From: Vicugna vicugna
Lineage: Eukaryota
Length of the DNA stretch: 29,573 bases
Reading direction: 5' to 3'
Assembly: GCA_013265495.1 (NCBI GenBank)
Contig: MU058289.1
Span: forward strand, 2,665,451 to 2,695,023
Below, piece after piece: positions 22,637 through 29,573 of this stretch. The number at the start of each line of letters is the position of its first letter. Within the stretch, counting starts at the first letter, position 1. The notes below the pieces were generated by a model. That model saw nothing but the letters and a program-made list of their open reading frames with translations, did not search any database and was not told the DNA's origin. The translations under genes and the position numbers were made by a program.

Positions 22637-22952
22637 TGGCAGACTCTACTTTCCAACACCCATGCTCTTCTTACAATGTGACTTTCACACGTCTCCCACC
22701 GAGAGATCGGCTCATATTCCGTTCTCAGAAGCCTGGATGGAGTTATAAACACGGAAGTGGTGCTCTGTGACTTCTAAAGCTAGACTGCAAAAACATCACA
22801 TATTTATGACCTGCTCTCTCTGATGCTCACTCCTGAAACCCAGCCAGCACGCTGTGAGGAAGCCCAGGCAACCACAGGGAAAGGCACAGGTGTTTCCGAT
22901 GACAGCCCCACCTGAAGTTCCAGACAAAGCCAGCATCAACTGCCAGACATGA
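22637..22952 (+). mobile_element. MaLR LTR fragment (MLT1G/H-like)
   Basis: ggaagtggtgctctgtgacttctaaagctag...cccagccagcacgctgtgaggaagccca...ccagcatcaactgccagacatg. Confidence 0.8.
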
Positions 22953-23559
22953 CTATCCTACAGGCTTAAATCTGACTTTTGAAGAGTGACAGAAGTTTTT
23001 TTAGTGAATAACATGGATAATCAAGCTGGGTAGTTACGCTTGGATAAAAATTGAGGTATGACTTCAAAGAACAACAAAAGAAGCTCAGTCCAGCTATCAT
23101 TTATTAGAGAACAACATAGGCAATCCTGGAAAAGTGCTCCCTGTAAGTCTCAATTAGAGAAACACAAATTGAAATGACGGGGAATATTTTTCACCTATTA
23201 AATCACTGAAATAAATAGCTGAAGCTGCAAATGTACGATGATATTGTAAACTGGTCTAATCCTTCTTTACAGTAATTTGGAGCCTAAGTAATTTGCACCT
23301 GTGTGACCTGGGGTCTGGAATTAAGTCATTCTTCAGGGGAGGACCTTACAGCCAAAAGTACAAACCCTCATCTGGAGCCAGGAGTGCAGGCAGTAGATGA
23401 AATTCACCAACGGAAAATGTCCATACAACACGAGCTTTCAAACAGTATTTCACAGTAGTTCAATGCAGTTGTAAATGTTTTAAAAAAAAAAAAAAACCCA
23501 CAAAGGTTTGTGAAGGGGTGGAGATTCACATTTGTGGATATGGAGATAAAAACAGGAGT

Positions 23560-25680
23560 CTGAAAAGAAGTCTAAAATAAAACCATTTAAAATATCCGAG
23601 ATAAAGAAGGAATGGTATTCATGGAACAAAACAGGTAAATATGAAAAGAAAGGCAGACATAAATAAAAAGAACCAATGAGAACACTAAGCAGTAAGAAAC
23701 AGCCACCATCAAATTGAAAACTCCAAAGATGGGGTAGTACTGGGCTAGAAGCAAAGAGGAAAATGGCAATTTAACGAGTTAAGTAAAGAAAACCTCTCAG
23801 AAGTCAACTTAGAGAAATAAAAAGAAAATGCAAAAAAGAAACTAAAAAAAAATGGGTGATAGGTAACGAAACGACTTAGCTATGTCTAACAGATTCGGGA
23901 GGAGGGAGGAAAAAATAATCTCTGAAAGCATTAACATCTAATACTTTTCAGAAACTCCAGTTAGACCTGAATTCTGTAATTGAAAAACTCCCAAGTGTTA
24001 ACAGAATAAATTTTGAACCACTCACTCTTAGACACACTGTAAGGAAATGGCAGAATATCAAGAATAAAGAGAACATCTAAAAAGTCAATCAACAGAACAC
24101 ATCAATTACTTAACAAAAGAATAACCAACAGATTGACCGACAAGAAGAAAATGAAGTACCATCTTCACTGTTGAAGGAAAACAACTAAGAACTTAGAATA
24201 CTGTATCTAGTTTAAATAGCACCATATTTTAACATACACTACCCCTTACCCCGCAGTGAAAGAACTACTAAAATATGTACTTAAAAAGAAAAATAAACCA
24301 GTAGTGCAATAATAATCCTAATTAACCAACACTTTCTTAGTGCTTATTATGTATCAAGAACTCTTCCAAAGCATTTGGAATTAACTAATTGAATTCTATG
24401 TGACAGGTACCAGAATTACTTTATTGACTCCTCTATGGTTCCTGTGTGGTATAATTATTTCTTCCTTTTTCAGATGAGGAAAATGAGGCACAGAGAAGTC
24501 AAATAACTTACCTATGTTTATTCGGCTAATAAAGAGCAAATCTAGAATTCAAACCAAGTAGCTCAGTTCCAAAAAACTTAAGAACTGAATGCAAAATATT
24601 TATGTACAACAAGTTAAAACTAAAATTCTAGACAACAGTGAGAATAGAAATGGAAGGGAAGGTTTAGAAAAGAAAAGGTAAGGTTCCTGACATAAGAAGG
24701 ATAAATATTGATTACCTTCAAACTTTGTTAGAAAGTCTAAGCATATAAAAAAAAATAAGACTAAGAGGAATGAAATGTGATATATAAAAGCATCCAGGAG
24801 AACAAGGGAAAAATGCTCAATTCAAGAGGACAGCGAAAAAGGGCCCAAGAAAAATCATGGTGAACTGAAAGACAAAATGAGATGATAAAAATAAGTCCAA
24901 ATACATAATCACAATAAACGTACCTTATTTGCTAAAAAAACAAAATCATAGGTGGCACTTAAGAGTAAGAGAAATGGAAACTACCCTAAGATACTATTTC
25001 TCACTTGCAAACAAGAAAATCCAAGAACTTGAAACACTCTCTGCTGGTGAGGCTGTGGGCAAACAGGCACAGTGTCTTAGATTCCTGGTGGGACTCCAGG
25101 ATGATATGGCTCCTATGGACAGGTACCTGGCAACATATTTCAACATCATCATTTGACCCAGAAATCCTTCTCCCAGGAAATCTACCCAAGAGATGGATCA
25201 CCACAAATGCAAAATAACACAGTGGAACAACAGTACACTCACATGGAAAAAAATAATAAAGCTGGATATTACCTCACATCATTAACGTAAATGGATCATG
25301 GAACTAAATGTAAAAACCAAACGTACAAAACACAAGGATAACAGAGATTTCCTAGACTGGACACAAAATCTTAACAAAAAAGTTGATGAATCGAATTTAA
25401 TCAAACTCAGAAACTTTTGCCCTTACAAATATACCAGTAAGAAAACGAAAGGCAAGCCACACAGACTGGGAGAAAATTTACTCATGATACATACACCTGA
25501 CAAATGGCTTGTATCCAGAACATATTTTTAAAAACTCTCAAAACTTCTAATAACAAAAAACAATTTTTAAAAATGGCAAAATATAGACTAGTAGGAATCT
25601 TACAAAAGAAAAAACACAAACTGCTAATAAGCACATGAAAACAGGCGAAACCTCATAAGCAATCAGGAAAACGATTTTCA
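23560..25680 (+). mobile_element. Mosaic of old L1/HAL1-like ORF1 and L1 ORF2 fragments
   Basis: cttagacacactgtaaggaaatggcagaatatcaagaataaagag; tggatcatggaactaaatgtaaaa...aaaggcaagccacacagactgggagaaaat. Confidence 0.7.
24310..24575 (-). mobile_element. MIR SINE
   Basis: ttttcagatgaggaaaatgaggcacagagaagtcaaataacttacc...agaattcaaacc. Confidence 0.85.
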
Positions 25681-26369
25681 ATCCAGAAGTCAATCTTTGC
25701 TAACACACCAAGAACATAACAGGGCAGAACACTCGAGAGGCATCTCAGGCATACACAAGCCAACACACCTTCTCCTTAAGAAGTAAACTGAAGCTGTGCT
25801 CTAGCTGAACAAGTAAACCGAGAAAGATGATGGCACGGGACTCAGCGCACAGGCTGCAACCCCAGAGAGCAGTGGAGAGTTACACGGGAACAAGCGCTAA
25901 GAGGGAGACAGGACAACATCGTGTACCAGAGAGATTCGGTACACGAATCAAGTCACCCATAACATTTGAAGAAATGAATAAAATAAGGGTAGGGAAAAAT
26001 GTTTATGTTCTTAACACCGCAAAGGCAAAGGTGGCATTTAAACAAATGGAGCAAAAACTCCAACGGGGGCTGAACTGTGCCCGTCCCACTCTAGAGGGAG
26101 AACAATTAGCACATGCGGTGCAAGTCAATATTAATTCAAAGGAGAAGCACTTAGGAGGAAGGGCTGGGGGAAGGCTGGGATGGGACTGGTCTGAGCTCCA
26201 GAAGAAGAGCTTGCCTGCTGGAGGAAGTGTCTGCACACTGCCGACTGCTGCTTCCTGCACTGACGAGACAGGTCAGATCGTGCAGGTTATAAACCAGCTG
26301 TCTGCACCTGACAGAAGAAAGATGTACTGAGAAAAAGGGATAATTTTAGAGATACGGTAGCACAGATAC

Positions 26370-26730
26370 TGCTGCTTCCAGCCAAGACAAAGTCACAGGG
26401 ACTGAACTTAACCCTTTCAAATTGAAACAAGTATGAAACCAGACGAAATATATAAAACAGTGCTTTTCAGATCCTAGGTATCACACAGTGCAGGACAGTG
26501 GTCCCTAAGAGTGGGGAAAATGAGATGAGTACTATGATTGTCCGGGCTTACTGTGTAGACAGAGCTTCCAGGATGCAGGGACGGGGGCCCAGATGGAGCC
26601 TGGCAGTCTTCCTGAATCAAGGACTCGGACATGACAGCCCGAAAAGGCCAAGGTGGCCTGAGTACAAGAGAGGACAGAGCAGCAAGGAGAGCGAGTCCTG
26701 GCAGTTCCCAGGGTGACTCAGTCCACCCTC
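26370..26730 (+). mobile_element. Old L1M 5'-end fragment
   Basis: cttccagccaagacaaagtcacagggactgaactt...ggacagtggtccctaagagtggggaaaa...gcttactgtgtagacagagcttccagg. Confidence 0.75.
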
Positions 26731-26735
26731 TACTG

Positions 26736-27073
26736 CAGGGGCCAGGACGCTACTTCCATAAAGGGTCAGACAGGAAGCACTCACTGCAGGCTTCGTGGGC
26801 AGGATGCTCTCTGCTGAACTACTCAACTGTGCCACTGCAGCATGGGCACAGCCACAGACAGCACGTAGATGAATCGGCACTGGTGTGCTCAGTAAGACTT
26901 TATTTGTGGACACTGAAATCTGAAACTCCATGTAATTTTCAAATGTCACAAACTATTCTCATTCTTTAGATTTAGACCATTGAGAAATGGACAAACCATT
27001 TTTAGCCTATGGATTGTACAGAAACAGGTGACAGGCCAGATTTAGCCCTTAGGCTGCAGTGTACTGACTCCTA
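26736..27073 (+). mobile_element. hAT-Charlie MITE (MER58B-like)
   Basis: cagggg start, aactactcaactgtgccactg, taagactttatttgtggacactgaaatctgaa, caggccagatttagccc; partial TSD ctctactg/ctctaaga. Confidence 0.85.
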
Positions 27074-27439
27074 CTCTAAGATAACAAAAGCCCTGATTTT
27101 TAGCTGGGCACGCAGCAGTCCAAAAGAAGGACGTCTCCCAGACCTTCCTCCCCACTGGCATGGCCACATGAGAAAGCTCTGGTCAAAGAAATGAGAGCAG
27201 AAGGACTGTGTGTAACCTCTGGGTCTTGTCTGTCTCCCTTTCCTCTTCCTTCCAACTGGCTGGACTGGAGACAAAGTGATAGATCATCGTGGACATGAGT
27301 GTAGCAGCAAAACCCGAAGGATGCAGGGTCAACAAGACAGAAAGAGCCGGACCCCGAGGACCTTCCTGTGCTTGTAGGACACGCTGGGGAATTAAACTTC
27401 TCTCTTGTTTCAAAAAGGGACTGGGGAGGGAGAGGGGGA

Positions 27440-28580
27440 AAGAGAGAGAGAACTGACTCATCAAAAATGGTAACGTATTGTGGGATTTATTACATGCAGA
27501 ATTAAAACACGTGGCAACAGCAGAACAAAGGTGGGCAGGGAGAGAGGAGATGGAGGTACATGGTGTAAAGCTCTTATACTCCCCAGGAAGTGCCCCAAGA
27601 GTACTCAAAGGCAGAATATACTGGGTTAACATGTATACTACAAACCCTAAGGCAACCACTAAAAGAACAATATAAAAAGGTTTCGCTAATAAGCCAACAA
27701 ATGATGTAAAGCAGAAGCACAAAAGGCACTTAATCCAAAAGAAGTCGGAAAAATCAGCAAAGGGAACAAAGAAAGATGATTCAAATAGAAAACTAATAGT
27801 AAAATGGTACTTTTAAACCCAACCACATCAAAAGATTACATTAAATATAAATTACAGAGATTAACAGATTGGATAAAAAACGCAAGACCCAGCTTATATG
27901 CTGCCCACAAGAAACCTCCCTGAACTATAAAGAGACAAAAAGGTTAAAAGTAAAAGGATGGAGGGGGAGGATATCACTCAGTAGTGGGTATCATTCAGAG
28001 TGCATGAAGGACATGCTGGGTTCAATCCCCAGTACCTCCATTAAAAAAAAAGAGAAAGAAATTTTTTAGAAATGCCTTTAAAAAAAAAGTAAAAGGACAG
28101 AACAATATACACAATGCTAACATTACTCAAGAAATCTGGGGTGGCTACATTAATATCAGACAAAGAAGACTTCAGATCAAAGAATATTAACTGAGATAAA
28201 AGGGTCATTTAATAATGACACAGATCAATTCATCAAGAGAACAAAAAATCCTAAACTTCTGTGTACCTAAGTAACAGCTTCAAAATATATGGAGTAAAAA
28301 CTGATAGAACTGAAATAAAACAATTGTACAGTGGGAAATCTCAACACCTGTCTTTTAGTCGTTGATAGACTAGCTACCCAAAAAATAGAAACCAACAAAG
28401 CGAAGAGCCGCACCACACTAGCAACGTGACCTAACTGACATTTACAGAACGTTCTATGCAACAACAGCACAATACACAGTCTTCTCAAGTATACACAGAA
28501 CCTCTTCCAAGGGACCATATTCTGGGTCATAATACAAGTCTCAATACATTTTAAAAGGTTCAAGTCATACAGATACAAGA
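27440..28580 (+). mobile_element. Old L1 inter-ORF and ORF2 endonuclease-region fragment
   Basis: gacccagcttatatgctgcccacaagaaac, ggggtggctacattaatatcagacaaag, aatacacagtcttctcaagtatacac. Confidence 0.88.
27959..28084 (+). mobile_element. Vic-1-like SINE inserted in L1 ORF2
   Basis: ggggaggatatcactcagtag...ctgggttcaatccccagtacctcca plus A tail; TSD aaaagtaaaagga at 27946-27958 and 28085-28097. Confidence 0.88.
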
Positions 28581-28739
28581 TACCAAATTGAGAATCTGGA
28601 ACAACTTAAGGAGCCAATAAAAATAGACAACATAGGTAGAAAAAAGAAAAGCGATTAGAATCACCAAGAAGAAATAAATGCTATATAATCTTATATTTAC
28701 CAATTTTAACATATTAAAACTCAATTTAACGTCCAGTGT

Positions 28740-29573
28740 CTATTCCAGCAGGTAAGGAGGCTGGAAGTCACCACTTCATCTTAACACCAAGGAGAAAGCT
28801 AATCAAACTGAAAATTACCACCTCTTCTTAGATCTGACATAATAATGAGGTCACAGCAAACCACTTCCCCTACATTTAGAGAGACAGACGGTGGGGGAAG
28901 ACGGTGAATCACAACTGATGTGAGCAGGAGTCTCCATGGGAACCAGCAGTGGAGCAGGAAAATCTCAACTATAATTGACTGACTGCTGGAGGCTCAGTGT
29001 GGAAAAGTAAGTTTACAATTTCAGGGGCCCTGTAATACTTTGAGTGAATTTTATCTACTGCAACTCTACCAGGTTCTCACAATAAAGAGCATAAAGATCC
29101 CCTTGGGGCTTCCGGTTAGGGGAGGGGAAAGTTAACCACTTTGAAATGTGCCAGAGTATTATTCTGTTCTTTACAAGGCTCACCCTCAGGAGAAACTAAC
29201 CAGAGTCTAAACTTACTATAGGGGTTTCATCAGAAAATAACCACCTTGGGGTAAGGGAAATACCCAAATCTACCTACCTCCTCCAGCCATCCTGTCCTTC
29301 CTAAGGTAGTAGAGGTGGAGGACTAGAGGTCCCAGCCCAGGGCTCAGGCTTGTGAAGACAGAGAACTAATCAGAGCACCACAAGGAGCTTCCCCACCCTC
29401 TACACCTTACCACCATGTCACTAAGGCCTACCTACCGGAGTTCCTTTCACCCAGTGTATCATGTCTGGCTTTAAAGAAAAAAAGGCAGACTGAAAAGCAA
29501 AAAAAAAACCCAAAAAACAAACAAACAAAAAAAACAGGATAGTCTGAAGAGATAGGGCAAGAATCAGAACCAG
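28740..29573 (+). mobile_element. Old L1M 5' UTR region running off the window
   Basis: gctggaagtcaccact...aaagctaatcaaactgaaaa, tgctggaggctcagtgtgga, cccagtgtatcatgtctggcttt, gtctgaagagatagggcaagaatcagaaccag. Confidence 0.75.

Noticed and set aside
25827..26330. 167-aa plus-strand ORF
   Set aside because: No recognisable homology or gene context; length is compatible with chance.
27183..27722. 179-aa hydrophobic minus-strand ORF
   Set aside because: Largely the T-rich antisense of an L1 relic, which produces spurious hydrophobic ORFs.
1..29573. Novel multi-gene system, CRISPR array or prokaryotic-type operon
   Set aside because: The sequence is explained by one spliced mammalian gene plus interspersed repeats; I found no regular repeat-spacer array or independent long ORFs.

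Overview
Mammalian genomic DNA, most likely a camelid (alpaca/camel), judged from three tRNA-Ala-derived Vic-1-like SINEs. The whole window lies inside TDRD12 (Tudor domain containing 12, a piRNA-pathway factor of the Yb/BoYb/SoYb family) on the minus strand. I reconstructed 15 consecutive GT-AG coding exons from 22348 down to 740 (1981 nt, about 660 codons, splice phases consistent, no stops). They encode a linker, a degenerate DEAD-box helicase module, a C-x8-C-x5-C-x3-H finger and the start of the second extended Tudor region; both gene ends lie outside the window. Introns hold old L1, L2, MIR, MaLR and DNA-transposon relics plus younger SINE, L1 and ERV1-LTR insertions, several nested. I see no convincing previously undescribed system. 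The best leads are an antisense solo LTR that keeps a TATA box and splice donor but lacks a canonical poly(A) signal, candidate alternative or poison exons, and a SINE inserted a few bases from a splice donor. Gene and repeat family names come from recall, not database searches, and repeat boundaries are approximate unless TSDs are given.
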